Below are positions 13,340-26,240 of a stretch of 64,000 nt of DNA, one piece after another. The DNA lies in NCBI RefSeq assembly GCF_006345805.1, contig NC_043010.1, positions 35,340,001 to 35,404,000 on the forward strand, in the 5' to 3' direction. The translations under genes were made by a program, and so were the position numbers. Under the pieces are notes generated by a model. The model was not told the origin of the DNA. It ran no database searches and worked only from the letters and a program-made list of their open reading frames with translations. Source of the stretch: Octopus sinensis. Lineage: Eukaryota. Numbering within the stretch: position 1 is the stretch's first letter; each line of letters opens with the position of its first letter.

Positions 13340-14092
13340 AGCAGTCCCACCCATGCTAGCATGGAAGGTGAGGTAAATGATATGTATGTATGTATGTATG
13401 TATGTACGTACGTATGTATGTATATGTCTGACTGTGTGTGTGTGTGTGTGCCTCAGAATGTATGCCTGTATGTAGATATGGCTGTGGCTTTTAAGCTATA
13501 GTGTCCTCTACAACAGCCCTGGGCATATATGTATATCTCCAGGTGGGAGCTTACGTTCCCTAAGCTTGACGTCATGTAATATTTGTAAACGAGCATCGAC
13601 ATCACACAAGCATTTGTTTCCAATCTTCCGTAAAAACTTGTCCGGCCGTGGGGAAACGTCACCTTTCTTGGAAACAGGTGCCGGTTGATGACAGAAAAGC
13701 ATCTAGCAGTAGAAAATTTATCCCCACAAATTGAATCTGATTCATGCAAACACGGAGAAGTGGGTGCTAAGACGATGGCAATGTTGATGTGCATGTGTAT
13801 ACATATATTTCTGTTCGTTACAATTTTGGATACAAAATATATATATTTTTTAATTCATGAAGTCCTATCAAAAGTACAAATACAGAAATTAAGCTACCCT
13901 CATCTGTGTTAGTCCAATTTATAATTGCTTTCTCCAGTAATCGTATATTCTATACTATTGATTGGGGAAGGAAGCTGGGTACATCTCTGGAGGAATGTGT
14001 TTACAAACATAATCCATCCACTTGTAGGTTTAATTTGAGATGATACATATATTTGTGGTCCTTCAAATAAAAACTTTGGTTTTTTTGGTAAT

Positions 14093-14160
<68 letters not shown>

Positions 14161-14234
14161 TACACACACACAGATACATACACAGTACCACGTCCTCGCG
14201 TTGTTTTTTCTTGTTTCTTTGTTTGGATGCACTA

Positions 14235-14288
<54 letters not shown>

Positions 14289-14445
14289 TGTATGTATATA
14301 TATACACACACACATACATGTATACATACACACATATATATGTATGTGTATACATACACACATATATATGTATATGTATACATACACACATACATGTATA
14401 TGTATATATATATATATATATATACACACATGTATATGTATATAT

Positions 14446-14491
<46 letters not shown>

Positions 14492-14599
14492 GTTTTGCAA
14501 GATACTTGATGTGAATTCGTGTGTTGAAACAGAAACTGTTGTATTTGGGGATGGTCATCCTGCCAGTTTAGCCAATAAAAACACACGCACTATATATTT

Positions 14600-14650
<51 letters not shown>

Positions 14651-14660
14651 AATATAGGAT
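12971..14660. repeat. Compound (TA)n/(CA)n/(TATG)n microsatellite field
   Basis: Direct reading; source of the many YIYIYI/VCVC pseudo-ORFs. A SINE-tail fragment interrupts it at ~13500-13800. Confidence 0.95.
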
Positions 14661-14835
14661 TGAAGTATTTTTATCTTTACTTGAGCGCCTTGCTTTGTTT
14701 CCGTTGTGATGTTTATCTTCGTAGATAGATGCTTAGTTAAATAAATAGATAGGGAAATATATAGATATGAATGAGAAGTGTGACTAAAATAAGACTGTTG
14801 AAGGAAGAGAAGAGATGAAATAAAGGAAAACTTAC

Positions 14836-15609
14836 CGATAAGGCATTGACGTAGGTGGGTAGGACTTCTGTAAGATCTGAGGATGTGGTGATTTGCTGAA
14901 TGTTCAAGTAAAACCCGCCGATAATGATGCCCGACATAAAAATGATAATTCCGAGAATGAGAAATATATAGACTTTTCCAGCCGAGTTGCCGTTGCCACC
15001 ATGTTCGCCACCCCAGTCGGCAAGGCTGGTCGTCATTGTATGAGATCCAGACTCCACAGAAGACAAAGTACCCGTACTATGGCGATGATGATAGTTGTAG
15101 CTGTGGCGGTAGTAGTTGTGATTACTGTTGTCGGTGGTATTAATGATGGAGTATCTTTGTTGCCGTTGTGGATGTTGTTGTTTCACAGAAGATGGTATAG
15201 ATGGTGATGAGGCTGATGCTGAACGAATGTAGGGCCTGCATGGGACGGGCTGGTAACCGTGCGTAGACGAATCACGCGGCGGCGCCGGCGGCTGAAACGG
15301 GTTGAGTGAAAGAGACGGTAATCGTTTACAGGGTGCACGCACGTCTGTAGGTTGTGTGCACTGCCTAGGATTGTTGTTGTTGCTACTACTATTACCTCTG
15401 CCTCCTTCTTCCTCTGTCTTAGTTTTCTTCTTTCTGTCACCGACGCAACCGTTAAAATCCTCCTTCGGTTTAGGCTGTCCCTGTTCTCTTCCCGTCGTCG
15501 AAGGAACTTGGCGACGGGACTTTTGTTGTTGGTTGTGGTGACTACTGCTGCTGCTGTTATGACTGCGGGCCGAGAGCCCGCCACCACCTAAACCAATAAC
15601 AATCTCCAT
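14836..15609 (-). CDS. First coding exon of an uncharacterised membrane protein (258 aa: low-complexity Q/N/S/H/P-rich N-terminus, then a hydrophobic TM segment)
   Basis: 774-nt open frame from ATG 15609, GC-richer than its flanks. Hydrophobic KVYIFLILGIIIFMSGIIIGGFYL, then LTEVLPTYVNALS followed by a consensus phase-0 donor TCG|GTAAGT at 14835. Downstream exons not confidently found. Confidence 0.75.
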
Positions 15610-18107
15610 CTCACCAGTCTGAGAATCTGTCTGCTAGTAGACGAGCCCGCGCTTAGCAGCCCTTACTTTGTCAGACTATCTACTGCTTCCTTAAAATCTG
15701 AGAAGCGCACATTTCGAGAAACCACGTGAGGATTCCTTAAAAACTGCCAACGACACCAAACTATCTTTTCACTTCTGGTGACTTTTTACTACTTCATTAG
15801 TTTAATAATATAAACTTTTTACACTTTTTCTGCTTTATTGAGGTCCAGGTTTTTTTCAAGTAACTTCCTTTCTCGCTTCCTTTAACTTTACTATCCAGAT
15901 TATTCCAAATATATTTACTCTTTTCGTTAGTTTTTATGTAGAACAAAGAGATCGTTTCTATGTACAAAAGATAGATGTCTAGATTAGGGGGGTTCCTTTC
16001 AGTATGTTGTATTTATTTTCTGCTATTGACGTATTATTATTTTGATTATTTGTTTGAGGGTTTGTTTGTTATTTTTTATTCCACTCGATTTTAAAATTAT
16101 CAAAATTCCTTAATCCCAGTGGATGTGAAATAGGTTTTAAAATGCCAAGCTACTTTGGTATTGCTGTCTGTTCTTTTTTCTTCACTTTTAAATGAATACA
16201 TAAAACTGATATGTTTTTCAAATATTTCTAAAACTTTTTGTTTTGTTGGGTTTTTTTTTAAATTTCAAACCAGTATGTTGATAAATTATCTAGTCTTCTA
16301 CTTTCACTCACTTTTCAAAGTCAACAGGTACTATATCTGGCTCTCAAACCTTGCCAAAACAAACCAGGTTGTAACATAATATCAATAATTGCTTGTTTCT
16401 TCGAGAAAAAAGAAGATAATTGCGATATATAATATATACTCTGGATGTGTAAACCTTTAACTTGTTTGCTTTAAAACATTTAAAAAGTTTTGTCGGGAGA
16501 ATGTTAATAAGTTGTCAATAAGTAATTTGAAATATACTACTCCAAATAGTAAAGAAAATACAAACTTTCCTTAAAAAACTAAGTGGTTCATTGCTACTTT
16601 TTCTCTCTCCCTCTCTCTAACGATGTGATGTGATTTTTGTTAAGGTTTACTTTCAAATTTTTAATTCAGGTAAACACTTGTCATTAATTCTATATGAATT
16701 CTTAAGTTAACGTAGTTTTCCAAGGGTTTTATTTTTCCTTTCTTTTTAAAATTTTAGATAACCGATTTTTGTGCCTGAAAACGTTTGCACTACCTGTATG
16801 ATGGGTATACAACAGGTGTGTATGAGTAAAGGAGAAAAACGGTACACGTTAATTTCAAATGAGGTTGGCCGTTGTAACGAGCTGCTGCTGCTCTTGCAAC
16901 TTGACGTAGGGGTGGCATCTCACATGACTGAAGGTTCGATCTGAACAATATTGAGCATCAATATTCCGATCCAGAAATGTAAAATTTATATAGATATATA
17001 TGTGTGTGTGTAACAGAAATATTAAGTAAAAAGTTATAAATTTATAAGGGAAGAAGATTGTATGATGTTCAAACTTTCCTTCAACATTGTATAGCAACTT
17101 AGATTTCAGTTGAGAATCGAAACCGGTACATTTTTAACAGACTGGTTTCCTTTGACTAGATAACACGGAAATGAGGTAAATGAGATGTTCGGAAAAGTCC
17201 ATTTCATTCCCAAATAGCATTGAAGGACAAGTGATATGAAACGGCTAGTGACGACCAAAAAGTCTTCTAGAGTCATAGGAAAAAATGAAAATGGGAAGTT
17301 GAAGTGATCATGCCTTTCTGAAGGGTATTCGAGACAAGAAACGAAGAGAATTGGTTTGATTTACTCGCAATTTGATGTGATCGTAGAGACGACGCGTCAA
17401 GGGCGGACACACATACACACAAGAAATATATATGTATATATATTTATTTATTTCTTCGTCACAAGACTTTTAAAAAAATGTCCTGCTTTAAAGTGTGAAG
17501 AGAAGGAGGATAATATTAAGGAATGCCAGAGAAGCAGAATGTTTAGTCAGTCTTAGGACGTCTTAAGCAGTTATACATAATACCATGTTAAATGAACTTG
17601 TTTATATCAATGGGTGTAGATGTTATTGTGTATGTAAAATAAGGTCGGGCAAGTGTCCCAGTTTACTTTTTCTTTCTTTAAGCAAATTTATACACACAAG
17701 TAAAAAAAAAAAACGTTTTCTGTCTGAAATATGCTGTACATTAATTAGTCAATACATTATTCTAAATAAAGTTTTTCGAAATGTTTGACATTTTTGGCAC
17801 ATCTCACGCGTAATGTATTTCATGTAAATATATATATATATATATAATCAATTCAGGACTTAACCAAAGTTAATAGGCATATCTGAGAGGATATAGTGAA
17901 ACAAACCCCAAAACTCTGCTTACAACACTGCGATTGTTTTAATATGTAATAATAATTGTCATATCATGTTTCCAGCTTATTTTCTTTTCGTGAATAAGAA
18001 ACAGGAAGTTGTGATATTCATTCGTTCGTTATCACAAGTGATTAAGGTAACTGAAATCAAGTGAAATGAAGCGTCAATTGGGTATCGAAACCAGCTCGCA
18101 GACTTAC

Positions 18108-18264
18108 ATCACTTTTTTTTTTTTTTTCTTTACCAAGGTCCGAGATCTGTTAGTTGTTAGCTTTCGGTCGAGAAAGAGAGAGAGTATTCGTTGGCTGTGA
18201 ATGGAAGCTGACTGATGTGAAGTTGTTCCAACTGAGAATCGAAACTGAATGACATGAATATATA
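18108..18264 (-). promoter_or_regulatory. Putative core promoter and non-coding first exon of the minus-strand membrane-protein gene
   Basis: Minus strand: TATATAT starting at 18264, Inr TCAGTT with A at 18233 (TATA at -31), exon ending GAT|GTAAGT (donor at 18107). Confidence 0.45.
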
Positions 18265-20509
18265 GATTGGTGGGGGTGGGGTGTTTTTCACGAAACACAC
18301 GATCTCTTCAAATTTTTAAACGAAAGACTATGAGAAAATGGAATGTTGTCATTTGCATGCTTTTTCAAATGCAGTTTGGGGACTCAGTTTACCAAGTTTT
18401 TTGTGGGGTTTTTAGAAAGGCACAAAGTTTTGCACTTATTCGTAAAAGATGAAGTGAGACTCTGTGATATCCATGCTGTTTTCAAGGAGTATTCGTAACG
18501 TCAGTGAAGTGGTAGGTTACCACCTGGAAATTGAAACAGTCAGTGATTTCGGTTTGCCACGAAGTTAAAAAGAATATTGTTCTTCTTTGGACCAAGGAAC
18601 TACCAGACATTTTTCTTGAGGGCAGTGTATATAATTAATTCCGGTATTGTATTTTATCGATCGCTCAATATCTTTTCCTGGGACATCGATAACTCGTCAG
18701 GAGAACATAATCTGTGGAATTTTGTTGTCATTTCTTGAACGTACAGTTTTAGTCCTTTAAACTGGGTTTAATTTATGATTTTTTTTTTTATGTAAGGTAT
18801 GAAGTGTTTTAGCATTCATGTCTTTCTCAAATGAATTATTAACAGCAATGTAAGTGCAACAGTTCCGATGTGTGCGAACGAACGAGTGGACAAAATGAGA
18901 GCGAAGAGGATGAGAAAAGAAAAAGTAAAAATGTACTCACTTGTTAATGTGTCAACTTAAAAAGAAGTTTATAGAATGTAACTTATGTAAATGAATAGAC
19001 TAGACGCAAGTCTCGTGTGTCCAATGTACATCGATGCATGACTTATATGCTGCTTGTATATAAATATATTTATGAATGTGTATACATTAATGTGTGAAGC
19101 ATACTTAAAGGCCTATTATATATATATTTATATATGTGTGTGTGTATAGATAGATAGATTTATGGAGAGAGAAATAAATGCCTATGTATAAAGGGTTATA
19201 TATATATATAAAAATCGAAATTTGTATGTTCCTGTGTAGATCTGTATAATAATCTAAAGGTACGGCTGTGAAAATGAATGTACAATGTAATATAAATACC
19301 TATATGTTTTGTATTTGAATGTGTGTGTGTGCGTAGAAAGGTTCTATACAAGTCGAACGTAATGTATAAAAGTTCTATTTACTCACATATTTGTAAGTAT
19401 ATAATATTAAAAAAAGAGGCCTGCGAGAAATGTTTGTGAGTAAAAATGTGAGGGCTCAGTAGTTAAGGTGCTGTCGAACAAGTAGTGTAGAGCCAGATAA
19501 ATCACTGTGAAAAGGGTGGCCTCTTTAAACCCATGTCACTGACAAGCAGCTTTACTTTGCTTCACACTAAAAGTTTAGGAGAGAGAAATACTGTCACATT
19601 TTCCCACGCTCTTCCGTTTCCCTATTACTATGTGGAGAGCTATCAACTTCCATGGCCTATCGCATGGTTGTTTTTGGGTTGGGGTTCTTTTTTCAGATTT
19701 ATGTAAATATATGTATTAGTGACATGTTTTATGAAAAATGGATATATTATAATTAATATTTTATATATATATATGTGTGTGTGAGGGGGAGAGAGAGTAA
19801 GCAATCAGTGCAATATATATTTAGCCACTTGTTGAAAGTTGTGTGTGTGTGTGTGTGTTTGTCTGATCAAATCGTTTAGTGTTGTTGGCGAAATTATTGC
19901 TGTTGTTGATATTGATGATAATAATGGCTGTAGTGGTGTTTGTGGTAGTTGTTTACCAAACGACTAATTAAATGGTTTATTCACTGGCTCTTACACCTTT
20001 TTCGCTGCTGTAGGTCCTATTGTTGTTTGGCTACAAATTCGACTTGATCAAGTTGACTTATCATCAATAGTATTGCTGTAGTGACTATGCCATTTGTATT
20101 AAAAACTGTTGGATGTAATTTGGGAGAGATTTGGCTGCTGTTTCTAGCAATTTGAGTGATTACGTAGAGCTTCTCTTATTGGCAAATAAAACAAACAATA
20201 TGTATAATAGTTTTGTCCGAATGTAAACTTTATTGAACTAATCTAGGATTACATGCATTCCGGTACTGACCATCCTCTTAGGACTACATCATTCCATGTC
20301 TTTTCTTTAAAGCTATCTGGTGGAGGTGATATGAAGGAGATTCGGCTGCTATTTCTAGCAGGCTGAGCGATCAAGTAGACGCTCTTTCAGTGGTGATGGA
20401 ATAACCGATGGATCACTATCATCCGTTTCCTCTTCGCTTTCTATCTTTTCTTTTATCGCATCCTCTCACTCTTTCTCAGCACTGTTAATGAGCGCGCGCA
20501 CACACACAC

Positions 20510-20714
20510 ATTCTTTTACATGCTTCAGACATTTGACTACGGCCATGCTGTGGCACTGCTCCGAAGGGTTTTAGTCACAAATTGACCCCAGGACTTACTT
20601 TTAAAGCCTAGTACTTATTCTATCGGTCTTTTTGCCGAACCGCTACATAAACATACCAACACTGGTTGTCAAGCGGTGATGAGAGAATACACAAAGACAC
20701 TCATACTCATCATA

Positions 20715-20777
<63 letters not shown>

Positions 20778-21004
20778 ATCTTTTAATTGTTTCAGTCATT
20801 AGCACCGCCTTTAGTCTAACAAATCGATCCCAGGACTTATTTTTTGTAAGCCTAGTACTTATTCTATCGGTCTCTTGCCGAGCTACTAGGTTACGGGAAC
20901 GTAAGCGCACCAACATCGGTGGTCAAGCGACGGTGGGGTGACAAACTCAAACACACAAATACATACATTCACACACACACATACATACATACATACATAC
21001 ATAA

Positions 21005-21050
<46 letters not shown>

Positions 21051-21215
21051 GACGGGCTTCTTTCAGTTTCCATCTACCGAATTCATTCACAAGGCTTTTC
21101 TCGGCCCGAGGCTATAGTAAAAGACACTTGCCCAATGTGTCACGCTATTGGGACTGAACCCGGAACCATGTAGTTTGGAAGCAAGCTTCTTACCGCACAG
21201 TCACACCACTTTCAC
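20510..21215 (-). mobile_element. Cluster of SINE family B pieces (two 3' halves plus one head)
   Basis: Repeated GACTTATT..GTAAGCCTAGTACTTATTCTATCGGTCTCTTGCCG blocks and the head GGGACTGAACCCGGAACCATG; another copy at ~21905-22190. Confidence 0.7.
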
Positions 21216-21315
21216 TATTTGCTCTTCTCCCTCACCTTATGCGTGTTTGTAGGCGAAACTTTAGAACACGTGCTTATATATATATAAGCACGTTCTAAGT
21301 TTCGCCGACACACAC

Positions 21316-21348
<33 letters not shown>

Positions 21349-21413
21349 TACATACATACACATACATACATACATACATACATACATACATACATACATA
21401 CATACATACTACA

Positions 21414-21445
<32 letters not shown>

Positions 21446-21991
21446 GTTTTCTAGTTTCTCTTTATCAGATCCACTCACCAGAATTTGGTCGGCTCTTGGC
21501 TACGGTAGGAGTCATTTACCCAAGGTACTGTGCAGTAGGAATGGAAGCGAAACCACATGGTTGGGAAGCAAGCTTCTTATCCACTCTGCCATGCATACAT
21601 ACAGAAACGTAATGGTTAGGGTGTTGCGCTCACGATCGCTATATCGCAAGTTCGATTCTCAGACTGGCTGCCGCGTTGTATTCTTGAGCACAACACTTCA
21701 TTTCGCGTTGCCCCAGTCCACTCAGCTGTAAATGGATAACCCTGCAACGGACTAACTTTCCTATCTGTGTGAAATATTGGCTTTTTCTCCTTACCATCTG
21801 GTTGGCATCATTCGAAAGCTAAAACTATGCAAAATGCATTGAGACTAGCGATGTATAACAACACTGACAGTACCCAGTACTGATTAAAAAAAACTTTTTA
21901 AAAGTTTGGTATGTATTCTATCGGTCTCCTTTGCCGAACTTCTAAGTTACGGGACATAAACAATCCAATACCGGTGGTGGGCAAAAAGCGA

Positions 21992-22024
<33 letters not shown>

Positions 22025-23199
22025 TATACATGTGTGTGTGTGACAGGCTTCTTTCAGTTTCCGTCTATCAAGTCCACTCACGAGGCTTTAGTCGGCCCAA
22101 AGCTATAGTAGAAGACATTTGCCCAAGGTACCACACAATGGGACTAAACCCGAAACCACGAGGTTTGGAAGCAAGCTTCATACCACATACCCACGATAGA
22201 TATATAGATAGACGTACAGACGGAAGTTCGTTTGGGTCACATGACAATGAACTTGTAGGAGTAGTGTTTACCTACTGGGGAACAACTCACGAAATATTTA
22301 AGAATAGTCTCCTTTGCTTTCAAGTCATTCAGCATTTCAACATTACACAGCACTAGAAACAACGGTAATTTCAACGACATCAGTAAGGGGGACGCCAACA
22401 AAAATAACAGCAATAGTGACAACAATGATGAAAAATGAGGTCTGCCAAAATGAAAGCGAACCCCTAAAACAGCGCGCCGACCAGCCGGTGCAATGAGCTC
22501 GCGACTGCAATGCTATGTATGAATAACTTTGGCTTTGAGTCTTACAATAGCTACATTACGCCATTAATCTACTTGTACTGCAGTGAATTTATGTGTTCCG
22601 CATTTAGCGATTAGTCATAAGTTGAACAATGAAGGATTTGAAAGAACAACCTTTTTTTAATGGAATTCAGTTTCAAATTGGAAAAAGCTTATACAGAGAC
22701 TTTTCTATAGGGAGGATTGTTTGAGCTGTACGCAGTGACATGAGTAAGACCAGCTCAAGAAGAGTATACACTAAAATACGATTGACTTCCCACGATAAAT
22801 TAGATTAAAAATTGAGTATTGATCTGCGAAAATCCTCGCCTGACAGTTTTTGAAGTTTAAAGAGCTGTAAACATCTGTAAAAATTTCCGCTACGTGTTTT
22901 AAAAGAAAACTTTGGAGATATATCGCGTTATTGCAAAATTTGAGCTGCGATTGCTGACAGTAGAAAGAAAAAGAGTACCTAATCACTGTTAGTCGAGAAT
23001 GTTCTTTATCGTTCAAAAACTGATAGAAATGTCTCGAATAATATAACAGATGACGAAATATAGGTGTACAGCTATGATGTCGAAACAAAAATGCAGTCGC
23101 CTTGGTGAGTTAGATTATAGTTGTTGCAACCCGAAAAAGAGCTTATCACCTTACCTTTTTATTATCATTGTCCCTCATCCACAGATATGTCTTCTGCAG

Positions 23200-23390
23200 A
23201 GTCACGTCTGCCTCTTCCATCCTTTTCGCCCGTCGCCACGTTCTGAGTTCAAGTTCCGCCGAGGTCGACTTTGCAGTTCATCCTTTCGGGGTCGATAAAT
23301 TAAGTAACAGTCAAGTACAAGGGTCGATGAGATCGACTTACCCCCTCCCCCAAATTTCAGGCCTTGTGCCTACAGTAGAAAGGATAATAA
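23200..23390 (+). mobile_element. SINE family A ending in an (ATT)n tail
   Basis: GTTCTGAGTTCAAGTTCCGCCGAGGTCGACTTTGC...CCTTGTGCCTACAGTAGAAAGG followed by (ATT)n. Confidence 0.7.
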
Positions 23391-23414
23391 TTATTATCAT
23401 CATCATCATTATTA

Positions 23415-23463
<49 letters not shown>

Positions 23464-23477
23464 CGTTACTATTATTA

Positions 23478-24045
23478 TTTACTTTTAATCTGCATGTTTG
23501 TTACAATCCCTTGCCGAGACACAACCAGCGTCCTATGGCGAGTGAAGGATAAGAGATGTTACAGTATGACTGAAAGCTTGGGGATGGGGAGTGACAGAGA
23601 TAGTAGCGAAATATCAACACAGACATTTAAATTGATAGGGTATTTCAAAGGATGTAGACAGTACTTGTCAGCACAATGTTTTGGATTTCTCTGAGACATG
23701 GTTCTCCTGGGATGTTATATATCCCTTTTTTTATCATACCTAGAACATCTACAATCACTTTAAGATATCACATCTTCTGTATTTCATTTTCCAGGTCCTT
23801 ATATTTACTTAATTTGTCAAATCCGTTTGCAGGTATATTTTTATTAGTGGGAACACTTGCATGTATTAGTCTACAAGTATTTTCTTCGTTGTCTTTAGTG
23901 ACTATGTCTGGTCGATTTGCCTGGATCGTTCTGTCGGTGTTGACTGGAAAATCACAGAGGATAGTGACAGTTTTACCTTCAACAACTGACTCAGGATGAT
24001 GATCAAACCAGTAAGCAGGAGTGCTGATTTTGCAGTGTTTACATA
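23478..24045 (-). mobile_element. 5'-truncated R4/Dong-clade LINE (REL domain plus 3'UTR)
   Basis: WICKH..WFDHHPESVVEG..TILCDF..RTIQANRPDIVTKD...KYKDLENEI; (TAA)n on both sides; 3'UTR closely similar to 53560-53738. Confidence 0.85.
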
Positions 24046-24254
24046 TTATTATTATTATTATTATTATTATTAGTTTTTCTTCTTTCACTTTTTGTTTCCA
24101 TTTCTTACCGAGTGTTTTCCCAACACTTAGGCCAAACTAACTCACTATATACATTGATAGGCCATTAAAATAAACGCACCAGATTGTTCATTTATAAAAT
24201 CAAATGAAGTTATGTCAAAAAATATATTTACATGGGTGGTAATCGTTCTCACAG

Positions 24255-25440
24255 CGACAATACTCTTCTCAATACGTGTGACTACCCATTAAAACAATCT
24301 TTTGCACTTCTTGCAATGATGCTAAGCCAAGAATCATTCTCAAATAATTTTCAATTCCTTTTTTGATCATTCCAAGTGCTCCTACAATCATTGGTATTGT
24401 AACCGTCTTGACACGACACGTTTTTTTTTCAATTTCAATGAGCAAATCTTTATATTTTCTGAGTTTGTCAAACTCTTTTGCCGAGATATCATGATCACAA
24501 GGAATAATCATGCCGATCAATAAACAGACTTTATTATTTTGGTTTTCCACAGCAATATCCGGTTTGTTAGCTTTGAATGTTCAGTCTGTATGTACTAGAA
24601 AGTTCCAAAGAATCGTTACATTTTCTTCCTTCAGTTACAGCTTCAAGGTGGTGCTTATACCACTAGTCAACAGTTTTGATTTTATAATGCCGACATATTA
24701 ACCAGTATATATATTGGCCAACTCGGTCATGTCCTGATTTATACTCTACCGGTGCTAAAATTTTACAAGTGATTAAGTGGTCCACCATTTCAATCTCATC
24801 ATTGCAGAATCGGCATTTTGGATCTACTCCATTTTTTTTTTATCACATTGGCTTACTAGTTCCGGGTCAATAAGCTTTGATCTTGAGCAGATAAGATGAC
24901 GCCTTCGCTCTGTGCCTTTAGCCCAGGGCTTCGTAGTCATTAATGGGCATGTGTCTGGTCAAAATCAGCTGGTTTGCTATGAGCCACATAGTTGCCATAC
25001 TGAGTTTCTGCTCCAACCTACCAGCCAATTGTTCATGCGTTTTTAGCTGCCATTAATTTTACCTTCCTTGCAACAACAGTTGCTACACTACCCACAGACT
25101 GTTCAACCTGGGTATTATATATGAAATCAATAACAATTTTTTTTTTTGCTCTCCTTCAAGACAGAATGAAGCTTCTTACGCCTCTCGTGATTTTCAACTA
25201 GTTTTAGCATTCAGTCGTTTGTTGCTTCAAGATATTTGGCCAGTCAAATTATGACGGTTTTGTAAAGAGAGTTCAAACTGGATCAAGCCTCGACCTCCTT
25301 GGGATCTGGGAAGGTAAAAATGATCCACGTCTGCCTTTCGGTGGTGCATCTTATTACAAATCAGCAGCTTGAGTATTTTTCTATCAATTTTCTTTATTTC
25401 GCTGATATTCCACCTCAATATATTCAAGCATCATAGTTAT
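24255..25440 (-). pseudogene. Older fragmented R4/Dong-clade LINE pieces
   Basis: ORF 24269-24550 (KPDIAVEN..CLLIGM..KYKDLLIEI..IVGALG) and ORF 25227-25427 (IDRKILKLL..MHHRKADVDHFYLPRSQGGRGL), separated by unrelated sequence. Confidence 0.7.
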
Positions 25441-25624
25441 TGTGTTTTGAGGAGAGCGGATGTGTCAAGAATCAGTTTACCATGTTTGTATAGAAACGTT
25501 AGAGCGTCGGATAAAATGTCTTAAAACATTGTTACTCCTCTTTATGTTCAGAGTCCAAATCCCGCTGAGGTCAACTCTACTTGCCATTCCTCCAGGATCG
25601 ATAAGTATAATACCAGCTAGTTGC

Positions 25625-25662
<38 letters not shown>

Positions 25663-25678
25663 TATTATTATTATTATT

Positions 25679-26152
25679 GAGTGAGAGAGCAGTACATGCC
25701 ATCAAAGTGACATTGAGGTAAAATATACGAAGTCCAGTATACCCATCATGACTACCCGTCTGATAAGCACATGCATCACAACCAAGTATGTGCGACATGG
25801 TGTTCTCATATCAAGATAAACAGCACATAACCTTGCAGGTGGGGCCCAGTTAGAAATTTCGTCTGGTCGAGTAGCCCATCCCGCTCAAAAAGGTCCCTGA
25901 ATAAGGATTGTTTAAGGATGTTGAACGAACCACCCATGTTTCCAATGGTGAATTATCAAAATCTCCAAGAATTCCTTTCAACACACGGCTATGGTGCTCC
26001 TCCACTACTTCTGCTTGTGATCAGAGATGCACATATCGTCAGCCACCAAGGGACTTGCTCAACTGGTTAAGGTTAAACAACTGACAAGTAAATCTGTGGT
26101 ATTGAGCAGAATATTTGCTGCAGCCCATCTTAGCAGAATATTTGGTGTAGCC

Positions 26153-26155
<3 letters not shown>
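25679..26155 (-). mobile_element. ~470-bp non-coding retroelement flanked by (TAA)n, copy 1
   Basis: Homologous to 40536-40936 and 57096-57312; shared 3' end CTCTCTCACTC followed by TAA repeats; ~23-nt duplication of the 5' terminus. Confidence 0.7.
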
Positions 26156-26188
<33 letters not shown>

Positions 26189-26193
26189 TATTA

Positions 26194-26238
<45 letters not shown>

Positions 26239-26240
<2 letters not shown>

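Noticed and set aside
12971-14651. Many 60-225 aa ORFs (YIYIYI, VCVCV)
   Set aside because: Translations of TA/CA/TATG microsatellites; the same applies to similar ORFs at 31475, 33341, 35594-36262, 42835 and 46674-47176.
14893-15591. Alternative-frame and antisense ORFs overlapping the membrane-protein exon
   Set aside because: Shadows of the GC-rich coding exon; only the 15609 frame ends in a TM segment and a consensus donor.
17153-17174. TGACTAGAT, a miR-279-family seed-like start
   Set aside because: The rest does not match the mature miRNA and no pre-miRNA hairpin is visible on either side.
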